The notes beneath the pieces were generated by a model that saw only the letters and a list, made by a program, of their open reading frames with translations, was not told the DNA's origin and made no database searches. Source: an uncultured Muribaculaceae bacterium (GTDB lineage Bacteria > Bacteroidota > Bacteroidia > Bacteroidales > Muribaculaceae). Taken from it: a stretch of DNA of 64,000 nucleotides. Both the position numbers and the translations under genes were made by a program. Shown here piece after piece: positions 29,592 through 38,286 of the stretch. Each line of letters starts with the position of its first letter. The first letter of the stretch is position 1. The DNA lies in contig CAJOFM010000006.1 of assembly GCA_905233915.1 (NCBI GenBank), forward strand, positions 16,873-80,872. Direction: 5' to 3'.

Positions 29592-29774
29592 TAGTCTGAA
29601 AAGCGGGAAAAATGGGGCTTTTTATACCCAGTTTTCTCATTTTCAGTGAATTACATTCATTCGTAACACCTTGCCACTAGACTTGTATGGCAAGGGAGCC
29701 GATGGATGTTTATAACGTGTTGAAACCAAAAAATATTAATTAACATTATTACTAACTATTTAATTCATTTCACT

Positions 29775-30761
29775 ATGAAGGTAAAAAATTTACTTCTTTT
29801 TGCAGCTGCCGCAGCCTTGAGCGCAACCGCAATGGCTCAGGATCTGAAGACCGGTGAGTATGCTGTTCAGAATGACGGTAGCCCCGCCATCATTGGTCAG
29901 TGCGTACAGGACCACCTCTTCGTACGTAACGATTATGACGATCAGGGTGAGACCAAGACCTATGACAACGTTATCAGCTTCAAGACTGGTACTCCTCAAG
30001 TCGTAGCTTTCTTCCTTGATGACCGTGAAATCTACAACAATGCCGAGGTTCAGGCTCTGACTCCTGTGCCCTGCACAGATGGTGGTAGCGAGCTCTATAA
30101 GGAGATCACTTACAACTCAGCTCAGTTCGACATCTATCTGCCCATGACCATGTCGCTGATTAAGTACAAATTCCCCGGTGAGAAGCGCGCTATTGAGGCT
30201 CAGGCTGGCGATCGTCTTCCCTATGACGCAAGCATTTCTTGGTCCAAGAAGGATAACACCAAGACCATCGACGGTATTGAGTACAATGTTTACACTGTTC
30301 TGATCACCAACCAGAAGAACGACGCTTGCCACTTCTCTGGCAACGAGGACACCTATGCTGACAATGAGGGTGCCCTGATGATGGACGACGCTCCCCTGTT
30401 CAAACTGGCAGTCGAGAACGCTAACCAGGCTGAGGTTGAGGGTCACCTCGCTGACATGATCATTGCTAACCAGGAGTTTGGTATCCGTGAGGCCAACATC
30501 AATTGGGGTACTGATCCCAACAAGTGCCGCTACATCTATGGTACTGGTGGTAACAACGTTGAGCAGCGCTTCCAGCTCTACAACCGCGTAAGCCTCTATG
30601 GCAGCAGCGCCGTTGTTGAGAACCTGGCCGAGAAGACCATCAAGAGCGTACGTTACTACAACATCGCCGGTATGGAGAGCGAAGTTCCCTTCGAGGGTGT
30701 TAACATCAAGGTGACCACCTACAACGATGGTACCAACAGCACCTGCAAGGTGATCAAGTAA
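29775..30761 (+). CDS. Secreted protein with a cohesin-like core and T9SS-like CTD
   Basis: Signal peptide ending ATAMA; AQFDIYLP...YTVLITN...FSGN...LFKLAV; CTD IKSVRYYNIAGMESEVPFEGVNIKVTTYNDG...KVIK; strongly biased codons. Confidence 0.8.
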   Translation: MKVKNLLLFAAAAALSATAMAQDLKTGEYAVQNDGSPAIIGQCVQDHLFVRNDYDDQGETKTYDNVISFKTGTPQVVAFFLDDREIYNNAEVQALTPVPCTDGGSELYKEITYNSAQFDIYLPMTMSLIKYKFPGEKRAIEAQAGDRLPYDASISWSKKDNTKTIDGIEYNVYTVLITNQKNDACHFSGNEDTYADNEGALMMDDAPLFKLAVENANQAEVEGHLADMIIANQEFGIREANINWGTDPNKCRYIYGTGGNNVEQRFQLYNRVSLYGSSAVVENLAEKTIKSVRYYNIAGMESEVPFEGVNIKVTTYNDGTNSTCKVIK

Positions 30762-30785
30762 GAAATTTTTCACACTTGATAAATC

Positions 30786-30817
30786 AAAAAGCCACGGGCA
30801 AATGCCTGTGGCTTTTT
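30786..30817. terminator. Bidirectional terminator
   Basis: aaaaagccacgggc-aaat-gcctgtggcttttt. Confidence 0.85.
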
Positions 30818-30819
30818 CT

Positions 30820-32700
30820 TTATCGTGTGCCGGGTAACCAGACGTCGCAAGCGAGTGACTTGTCGGGAGCAACCTGGCGAGGAACGACCAAGCCGTCCTC
30901 CATCAGCAGCAGACCAATGGCACGCGTCATCAGGATGTCGTCGTGTTTGCCCTGGCGGGCTCCGTAGCGTCCGCCACCCAGGTCCTGATAGTCACGCATC
31001 TCGTTCACCGCATCTTGGTCGCGCTCCACATATTTCCCGTCCCTGACCGCACCCACCAGTGCGGCAATCGCTTTGCCCTTTGTCTTGACATTGGTGTGGA
31101 AACCCAGTTTGTGAGGTGCGCGTTGATAGACGTTGCCATACACGCTGTACACCTTCTGCAGGATGTAATCGCTCTCCCCGGCACGCGCGGCCTCGTTGGT
31201 GAGCGTGTTGCTCTCAACGACAAGCAAGGCATTGTTATAAAATAAGGCCAACTGCATCGCTTTCCATGCCAGCATGTCGTGGTCGATGTGGCCGCGCCAC
31301 TGGGCGACGATGGCTGCCGGACGGACACCGCACGGCAGACGCCACACGGCAATCACCGAGTAGTCGCTGACCACACTCTTGCCACCCACATCCACCACTG
31401 CCATGTAACGTGCCGTGACCGGCCCATCCCGTTCAGGTTGTTCCCACACCTTGAGCAAGCCGTTGCTCGCTGCCACCAGATGAACGTTGACCTTCGCCCG
31501 GCTGCCGCTCAGCCCGTCGGCCTGGATATCACCAACAAACGATGGCGCAGCCACGCTTTGCCGCTCCATGCGGTCGAGATGCTCAGGTGCAAACGGGTTG
31601 CTACTTGTTGCCGTGAAGGCCTCGGTTGCCGTCGTGGGATATTCGGCCATCATGAGTGTCTGAGTATGATATTCCTTGCGTTTTTGATGATACCAGTTAA
31701 TCTGCTCCAGGGTGCAGCCGTTTTCCCACAGTTCACGCTCATAATCGTCCATCGCATCCCATAGTGCCTGCACATCATCCACCGGTTGACGATAAATCTC
31801 GATCTCATGCCATGGCACAAACAATGGTTCCTTGTCACTGCGCCCCATCTGCGCCCTTAACCACTCGTCATGGAAATAATTACCCACACCGTTTGCCGTG
31901 GACTCGAGCACGATAACCGTGTCGGGCTTGAGGGCCACACTGCCACACACGCTGCGCACCACATCGTCGGGGTTATGCATCGTGCTCGTTTTCCAGAAGG
32001 CCACTTCACTCAGGTGGGCCATCGAGATATCATAGCCACGCGCCATGTCCTCGCTGCGCGAACTCCCTGTGAGCACCAAGCAGTCCCGAGTTTCAATCTG
32101 CTGCACATTGGGTTGCCCCTCCAGCTTGGTAAAGCGCGGCGGGGCCTCCTCGTCGAGTAATTCCCGAGGATAATGACGCAGCAACAGGTTATACATGCGC
32201 TTGATGCTCTTACTGGTAACGTGCAAGTGACCGCAGATGAGGCTGTTCCAGCCCGTGTGCCTCACTATCTGCATCCATGCCATGTAGAGCTGCACCAGCG
32301 TGGAGCCACCCCACTGGCGGGCTTTTAACAGGATAACGCGCACGGGGCGGCCCGCCACGCGCTGTCCTTCCATCAGGGCCAGCAGCCTGCGTTGCGGGCG
32401 ATTGGGCACAAAAGGGATATTGCGGCTCAGGACTTTGTCCTTGATGGTCGCGCACCTCACGCACCAGAACTCAAAATCCTCCTGGATGCGGGCCCGATCC
32501 CGTGCCACCTCATCCAGCGTCAAGTAATCGGGGTGGTGTTCCAGCTCTGCCCGCGGCACCAGGCTGCCATCTACCTCTACCCTGTCTCCCCAGCACCCCA
32601 CGCCGGTCATCGGGTCATAAGGATTTCCCTCGAGTCGCGCCGTGCGCCTGCGGTTCTCTTCCAGGATTTCCTCTATATTATTATATAATGTGTGTTTCAT
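30820..32700 (-). CDS. terL: Phage terminase large subunit (orphan)
   Basis: ILLKARQWGGST (Walker A region), AHLSEVAFW (Walker B), VLESTANG (coupling motif), RNase H-like VVDVGG..SDYS and HDDILM. Confidence 0.85.
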   Translation of the reverse strand: MKHTLYNNIEEILEENRRRTARLEGNPYDPMTGVGCWGDRVEVDGSLVPRAELEHHPDYLTLDEVARDRARIQEDFEFWCVRCATIKDKVLSRNIPFVPNRPQRRLLALMEGQRVAGRPVRVILLKARQWGGSTLVQLYMAWMQIVRHTGWNSLICGHLHVTSKSIKRMYNLLLRHYPRELLDEEAPPRFTKLEGQPNVQQIETRDCLVLTGSSRSEDMARGYDISMAHLSEVAFWKTSTMHNPDDVVRSVCGSVALKPDTVIVLESTANGVGNYFHDEWLRAQMGRSDKEPLFVPWHEIEIYRQPVDDVQALWDAMDDYERELWENGCTLEQINWYHQKRKEYHTQTLMMAEYPTTATEAFTATSSNPFAPEHLDRMERQSVAAPSFVGDIQADGLSGSRAKVNVHLVAASNGLLKVWEQPERDGPVTARYMAVVDVGGKSVVSDYSVIAVWRLPCGVRPAAIVAQWRGHIDHDMLAWKAMQLALFYNNALLVVESNTLTNEAARAGESDYILQKVYSVYGNVYQRAPHKLGFHTNVKTKGKAIAALVGAVRDGKYVERDQDAVNEMRDYQDLGGGRYGARQGKHDDILMTRAIGLLLMEDGLVVPRQVAPDKSLACDVWLPGTR

Positions 32701-32702
32701 TT

Positions 32703-34721
32703 CTAAGTCCGTTTTGGTTTCTCCAGCGAGTACAGCAAGGTGGGGAGAAGCAGGCTACCCGTTTGGGCCTCGCCAGTCACGGCAAGGCGCAAGGTGCGTG
32801 ACTGCACCGCCATCGTGGGCGACGCCAGAGGCTGCTCTACACGGCCCTCAACGGTTGTCACACTCACGTCACTGTCTTGTGCCATGATGCCACGCTGTCC
32901 CGTGACACGCAGCGTGAGCGAGACCTCCTCCCCCGACACATGCCACACGACCCGATGCACCGCCTGTCCCATCAACGGATGCAAGGCAACGGGGTGCGAA
33001 CGCCACTCAACGGGCATTAGCCCCGCTTGCTCCTGTTCCAGGTCAAGCACGTCACCTGTAGGCGCCACTGCCACGGCATGGCGCGGGTCACTATAGAGCT
33101 GCGCCACGTCCACCGTGCGGCGGCTCATTGTGCCGCTCGCCATCATCACCATAGGGTCGCCCTCGGGCGGCAGGAGCCACAACTCGTCATGGGCATTGCA
33201 CCATGCCAGCGCACGATAAGCCACATCTCGCTGGCACACGGTGAGCCTCGAGCCGCTCAACCGGCACAAGTGGCCGTGACGCGACACCAGCCACACGTCA
33301 TGTCCCGCCTCGACAGGATGAACCGTGGCAGCAATAATGGTGCGGTCCACCAGGCGGGCTTCGCCCATGTGTCCCGTTGCCCCCTGAGGTATGGCATAGA
33401 TGCCGTCGTCGCTGAAGACATACACCGAATAACGCCCAAAACCGCCCGAGTACAACGGGCTGGTGACTACCGCCATGGCAATAGGCACCGTTCCCAGCAC
33501 AGCCCGTCGGTGCGCCTCAATCAAGGCATTGCCTGGAGCACTCACCACCACCTCGCCGCGGGAGTTACAGCAGTACAACCTGCCCGCCGCAACCGTCGAG
33601 CACACCACATCAGTCACACGGAACGGTGTGGCAATGGTGGCACACTGACTCGCCGTCAGCGTCAACGCTTCGACTGGAGCCGTGAAATCCTGGCTACCCG
33701 TACGAGCCGACGCTGGGGCCGTAGCAATGAGTCGCCAAGACGATGCCTCCAATTGATGCCCGATTGCCGTTGACGAGCGTCTGGTCAACCCCATCTCGAG
33801 GACATATTCACGACCGCCAGCCGTGCGCATCAGGCAACGGTAATCGAGTGCACGGCTCGACGACACCAGCTGAGCCTCGTCGGTAGCCAGCACGTCGATG
33901 CCCGCCACCAGCGGTTGCCACGCCTCGGGGATGGCACGCACCAGCGAGATGCCTAACAAATAACGTTTCAACGTCATCGCAGTGGCCTGGGTCCCCGTGA
34001 AACCACTGTTGTTGCTGTTCACCACAGCGCTGACGCGGTCGGCATTGGTCAACGTCTCGTCACCCACACGCACGGGGTCGCTCATCCACAGGTAGGAGCC
34101 GTCAATCAGTCGCACGGCCCACCGCACCAGCACGGGTGCCGTGCGAAAGCCCTCGGCACGGGCATCGGCGTTCAGCGTGTTCCATGCCGAGCGGATCAGA
34201 GTGGAATACACATTGATGTCAGCATCGGCCAGCGGCGCCTGCCAATGGCTGTAAGGGCTCTCAAATGTCACTGCGGGGATGTCGGCACTGGTTGTGTTCA
34301 CGTTTGCCGTAAAAGCCAACGTGGGTATGGCATCGGCTGGATCCATTCTTTGCCAGCCATCATCGGCGAGCAGTAGGTAGGTCAATCCTGTAGTGGCGAC
34401 GATGACGACAAAAGGCCCCACGACATGGGCGCCCACAATAGTGCCGTCAATCGTCACGCCATGGGCACCATCCAGCTTCACCATCGAGCCGTGGCAGGTG
34501 ATCATGTGACCTGCCGCCAACGTCAACAGGCGGTCGTCCTCGGGCACCTGCCCCACCCTGACGGGCAGTCCTGTCACTTGCAGGGATTGTTCCCGTTCCC
34601 TGATGTTCACTGCCGCAACGGCCTGGCCAGGCCGGGCCGCCTCACCGTTGGCGAGCGCCACAGCACCCCGAGGCACGATGCGGATCTCTCTCATGTTTCT
34701 TTTTCTTCTCGTGTTTTTCAT
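32703..34721 (-). CDS. Hypothetical protein resembling Bacteroidetes phage virion-stabilisation/tail-tubular proteins (start 34721 or 34694)
   Basis: Stop is 2 nt from the terL start; beta-rich; the N-terminal G....A.N.R...L pattern recalls P22 gp10/T7 tubular-B-like proteins (by eye only). Confidence 0.55.
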   Translation of the reverse strand: MKNTRRKRNMREIRIVPRGAVALANGEAARPGQAVAAVNIREREQSLQVTGLPVRVGQVPEDDRLLTLAAGHMITCHGSMVKLDGAHGVTIDGTIVGAHVVGPFVVIVATTGLTYLLLADDGWQRMDPADAIPTLAFTANVNTTSADIPAVTFESPYSHWQAPLADADINVYSTLIRSAWNTLNADARAEGFRTAPVLVRWAVRLIDGSYLWMSDPVRVGDETLTNADRVSAVVNSNNSGFTGTQATAMTLKRYLLGISLVRAIPEAWQPLVAGIDVLATDEAQLVSSSRALDYRCLMRTAGGREYVLEMGLTRRSSTAIGHQLEASSWRLIATAPASARTGSQDFTAPVEALTLTASQCATIATPFRVTDVVCSTVAAGRLYCCNSRGEVVVSAPGNALIEAHRRAVLGTVPIAMAVVTSPLYSGGFGRYSVYVFSDDGIYAIPQGATGHMGEARLVDRTIIAATVHPVEAGHDVWLVSRHGHLCRLSGSRLTVCQRDVAYRALAWCNAHDELWLLPPEGDPMVMMASGTMSRRTVDVAQLYSDPRHAVAVAPTGDVLDLEQEQAGLMPVEWRSHPVALHPLMGQAVHRVVWHVSGEEVSLTLRVTGQRGIMAQDSDVSVTTVEGRVEQPLASPTMAVQSRTLRLAVTGEAQTGSLLLPTLLYSLEKPKRT

Positions 34722-34776
34722 GTCATTTGGTTTTATTGTATAAAAAAGTGAGCACGCGCTCATTTGTATTGTCCTG

Positions 34777-34784
34777 CAAAAATA
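34777..34784 (-). promoter_or_regulatory. -7 promoter element for the phage-like pair
   Basis: TATTTTTG on the minus strand, CTTG 21 nt upstream, located after the upstream gene's terminator. Confidence 0.55.
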
Positions 34785-34810
34785 CGTTATCATCCATCAC
34801 TCCCGCAAGT

Positions 34811-34847
34811 ACAAAAAGCAAGCAGGCCGTGCCAAAGCACAGCCTGC
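34811..34847 (-). terminator. Intrinsic terminator of the dockerin gene
   Basis: GCAGGC-C-GTGC-caaa-GCAC-A-GCCTGC followed on the minus strand by TTGCTTTTTGT. Confidence 0.75.
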
Positions 34848-34876
34848 CGCTAATCTTTTTTCAAAAAACTGTCGCG

Positions 34877-36055
34877 TTAGTTACTCAGCACAATAGAGAT
34901 CAATGCTGTAACGTCAGCCACATTAATTGCACCTTCAGCATCTCCGTTTACGTTTGCCTCTTCAACAAAGAATGGTTCAGGCTCATTACCCAGCACATAC
35001 TGGATCAAGGCAGTCACATCGGCCACGTTCACAAAACCATCGTGGTTAACGTCGCCCAACTCGAAGCTAACGCTTGAAGGTACTACAAACGTTGAGCCAT
35101 CGGTATAATACAGGCGGTTATCGGTCCAGCCCGACCAAGTGCGGGCACGGTTCCAGGGCATCGTAGCTCCCCAAGTGATTTCCTCCTGATTGACAGCACC
35201 AGTGTTGCCACCAGCAATGTCACCGCCGTTATCGGTAGCGTTATACCACACACCCATACCGCCGGCTGCAGCCTCGTCGGGAATGTCACGCAGCATCTGC
35301 AGGGGATAGGTCATCGTGCCGTCGCTGTTCAAGATCATGGCAATCTCGGGGGCACCATAACCATAGATGTTGGTCACATACACGGTGTCGCCACTCTGAC
35401 GGATGCACACATCCACCATGCGGGCCTCACCAGTGGCCACATCGGTAAACTCATGCTTGCCATTGGGCACCAGAAGCTTCAGGTCGCGGAAGATGCGTGA
35501 CACATCGGCGGTCTCGTCGGTAAAGGTGCGGCTCTCGCCGTTACGGCCAGTGATGGTCGTGGTCTTCACCGTCTCGATATAGTAGGCAAAACCGCCAGGG
35601 ATATGGATGTTGTCGTTGGCGTCGACCACACCCTGAACATCGGCCAATTCTCCGCCAGTAATCCACTCCTCATTCACCACATAGAAGTTCTGCACGCTGT
35701 CCACCCTGGTGATGACACCGTCATTCTCGATGGTGGTTGTGCCCATTACTGAAGCAAACGGATTGTCGCTCGTGGCGTCGAGCGTCACTGTGCCCGTGCG
35801 GTAGTCGATCTGCAACGGCTGGGACACCTGATAGAGCGTGAGTCCATTGCGGGCTACCAATACGTCACCCTCGGCCGACGGCTGCATGATTACCGTCCAG
35901 CCACCATAATAATAGGGGTCAGCCTCGCTGATAGTCACAGCGCCCGTCGTGGACTCGTTCCAGTTATACAGATGAAACATGCTGATGCGGTTCTGGGCCA
36001 TTGCCGTCAAGCACACAAGCACGCTCAAGATTGCGACAATATTTCTCTTACACAT
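34877..36055 (-). CDS. Secreted protein with C-terminal type-I dockerin
   Basis: Signal peptide ending LTAMA; GDVNHDGFVNVADVTALI and ANVNGDAEGAINVADVTALI. Confidence 0.85.
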   Translation of the reverse strand: MCKRNIVAILSVLVCLTAMAQNRISMFHLYNWNESTTGAVTISEADPYYYGGWTVIMQPSAEGDVLVARNGLTLYQVSQPLQIDYRTGTVTLDATSDNPFASVMGTTTIENDGVITRVDSVQNFYVVNEEWITGGELADVQGVVDANDNIHIPGGFAYYIETVKTTTITGRNGESRTFTDETADVSRIFRDLKLLVPNGKHEFTDVATGEARMVDVCIRQSGDTVYVTNIYGYGAPEIAMILNSDGTMTYPLQMLRDIPDEAAAGGMGVWYNATDNGGDIAGGNTGAVNQEEITWGATMPWNRARTWSGWTDNRLYYTDGSTFVVPSSVSFELGDVNHDGFVNVADVTALIQYVLGNEPEPFFVEEANVNGDAEGAINVADVTALISIVLSN

Positions 36056-36104
36056 AATATAAATAATGTACTGTTATAAAGATGATTTCATTTCAAACTG
36101 CAAA

Positions 36105-36218
36105 GTTACGTATAAACGAGAGAAAAGCAAAAAGAAAAATTGTTTTTTATTTTTGCTTTTGCGAGTGCCAGTAACTTCGGCGAAGCCAACGTTACGTATA
36201 AACGAGAGAAAAGCAAAA
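36105..36218 (+). repeat. 28-nt direct repeat x2 (period 86 nt), Bacteroidales intergenic element
   Basis: GTTACGTATAAACGAGAGAAAAGCAAAA at 36105 and 36191, with TAACTTCGGCGAAGCC between the copies. Confidence 0.75.
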
Positions 36219-36273
36219 GGAAAACTCGTTTTTTATTTCAGAGTATTCAGATGATTCAGTTGTTTGATACAAC

Positions 36274-36305
36274 AAAGAGGCCAGGCTTGAAGCCTGACCT
36301 CTTTT
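36274..36305 (-). terminator. Intrinsic terminator
   Basis: aaagagg-ccaggct-tga-agcctg-acctctttt. Confidence 0.7.
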
Positions 36306-36350
36306 ATTCATTGGACCGGAATTGCTTCCAGCCTGTTTTATCGCAACTGA

Positions 36351-38075
36351 TTATTGGTTGAGAACCAACTGGATCAGAGCGGTAACGTCAGCAACGTTGA
36401 GGACGCCAGCGGCATCGCCGTCACAGTTAGCCTGCTCTACATAGAATACCTCGGGCTCCTCGCCAGAAGTCAAGACGAACTGGATCAGAGCGGTAACGTC
36501 AGCAACGTTCACGTTTTTATCGTGGTTAACGTCACCAAGCTTCCAAGTCTCAACAGGCTCGGGCAAAGTCAGAGGAGCGTTGAAGGTCAGCTTGTTGTTC
36601 AGCCAGCTTGCCAAGTAGCCATAAGCCAGGTGCAGGTAATCATCCTCCTCGGTGGTGTACATATTATAGATATCGGTAGCTGCCCAGGTGATCTCGGTCT
36701 TGTCGGCGTTCAGCTCGCAAGGAGTGTCATCCCAGCTCCAGCCGGTCATATAGTAACCGTTAAGGCCTCCCTCGTTGTAGAGGGCATAGGTAGGAGCGAA
36801 GTTAACGAAGGCATCGGTCATGGTAATACCGTCCTGATTATAGGCGCTCATGTCCTCGTGGTAAACGGGCTGCCAGGGGAAGTTAACCAGACCATCGGCA
36901 TCGAGTGAGAACTCTACACCAGGATAGTTAGACAGACCAAACAGGTTCCAAGCAAAGATGGTGTCACAAGCCTGGTTCTGATACATGAAGACGGGAACTT
37001 GTACTTCAGGAATAATGGAGTCCTTAAGAACTACATTGTATGTGCTATCGTCAACAGTAACGCTTACAGTGTGAGGATCAACATTGGGCTCATAGGCCTG
37101 ATCGAAGGTGTGAGTAGCATTAGGCAACATAAACATGTTGTCGGTGTACACGGCGTTTCTATATGAAGTCGAGTCGCTGACAGTCATGGTGTAGGTCCAA
37201 CCATACTGGGCAAACAAATCCTGGTATGTGTTCAAATAGAATGCCATTTGACGAACATTTGATGAGGAAGACGAAGTACCAACACCTAATGCGTTAGCAA
37301 TAGCATTATAGTTGGTCCTGGAAATACTGATCGTCTTGGTCACTTGAGCCTCGATGGGGCCGAAGGGCTTGTCAAGCTCGATCATGCCATAGTCCCAATT
37401 TACAACACCATGAGAAACATTGCCAGCGAGTTCGCCATTCTCATCACCGATACCGGTGTACCAGTAGCGAGCGTTAATGGTATAGGTGGTGTTACCATTC
37501 CTTGTTGCAGCCAGAGGATAGGTGTACATCCAGCCACCAAAGATGCCGATGCTGTCGGTTGCAGGCTCATACCATGCATAGCAATCGGGGAAGTCAGTGT
37601 AATGACCCGGATCGTACTGCGTGCCAGAACCATCAGGGTCAGTCATGAAGGGCATAGCACCCAGGTAAACCTCGCAATAACCACGATCCTCAAAGATGGT
37701 GTCGATCTTGAAATTCAAACCAGCGATGCCATACCAAGTGGGAGTTGTCTCGCCATTGGTAATAACATTCTCGATGCTGCTGTAGATCCAGTTGCCCTCG
37801 ATGTCGGTGTAGGTGCTGGCGCGACGGGGAGCGCGGTTCATCAGCGTGTTCTGGCTCAAGTCATGAGTCTTTACAAACTCATTGAGGGTTTTAGCCTCGC
37901 TAGCCTTAACCATCTTGTTGGTCAGGTCCTTGGCCAGCGTGTTGGTCTTGAACAACTGAGCTCCTCTTTCGAGCTGACGCTGCTGCATCTTAGATGTGTT
38001 TACGTGATGCACGGGATTGATAGCCATGGCGGTCAGTCCAGCGCACACAAACAAAAGTGCAAATAATTTCTTCAT
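36351..38075 (-). CDS. Secreted protein with C-terminal type-I dockerin (574 aa)
   Basis: Signal MKKLFALLFVCAGLTAMA; GDVNHDKNVNVADVTALI and ANCDGDAAGVLNVADVTALI; strongly biased codons. Confidence 0.87.
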   Translation of the reverse strand: MKKLFALLFVCAGLTAMAINPVHHVNTSKMQQRQLERGAQLFKTNTLAKDLTNKMVKASEAKTLNEFVKTHDLSQNTLMNRAPRRASTYTDIEGNWIYSSIENVITNGETTPTWYGIAGLNFKIDTIFEDRGYCEVYLGAMPFMTDPDGSGTQYDPGHYTDFPDCYAWYEPATDSIGIFGGWMYTYPLAATRNGNTTYTINARYWYTGIGDENGELAGNVSHGVVNWDYGMIELDKPFGPIEAQVTKTISISRTNYNAIANALGVGTSSSSSNVRQMAFYLNTYQDLFAQYGWTYTMTVSDSTSYRNAVYTDNMFMLPNATHTFDQAYEPNVDPHTVSVTVDDSTYNVVLKDSIIPEVQVPVFMYQNQACDTIFAWNLFGLSNYPGVEFSLDADGLVNFPWQPVYHEDMSAYNQDGITMTDAFVNFAPTYALYNEGGLNGYYMTGWSWDDTPCELNADKTEITWAATDIYNMYTTEEDDYLHLAYGYLASWLNNKLTFNAPLTLPEPVETWKLGDVNHDKNVNVADVTALIQFVLTSGEEPEVFYVEQANCDGDAAGVLNVADVTALIQLVLNQ

Positions 38076-38286
38076 AAATCTAATTGATTTTAAAGTTGTT
38101 AATAAAAAATATTAGTTTTAAAAAATAATTTCTTAATCCAAATCAGGTTTACGAACTTCTTGCAAAGGCAAAGCCATTAATAATAGCCTACTTTCATAAG
38201 ATGCCACAAATTTACATCTTCTATTTCAAATGAACAACATTTTTTATAAAAAAAATCACAATTGTTTACAATTATTACCCGTTATG

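Noticed and set aside
36105-36218. Possible CRISPR array
   Set aside because: Only two units, similarity extends beyond the repeat, and there are no cas genes.
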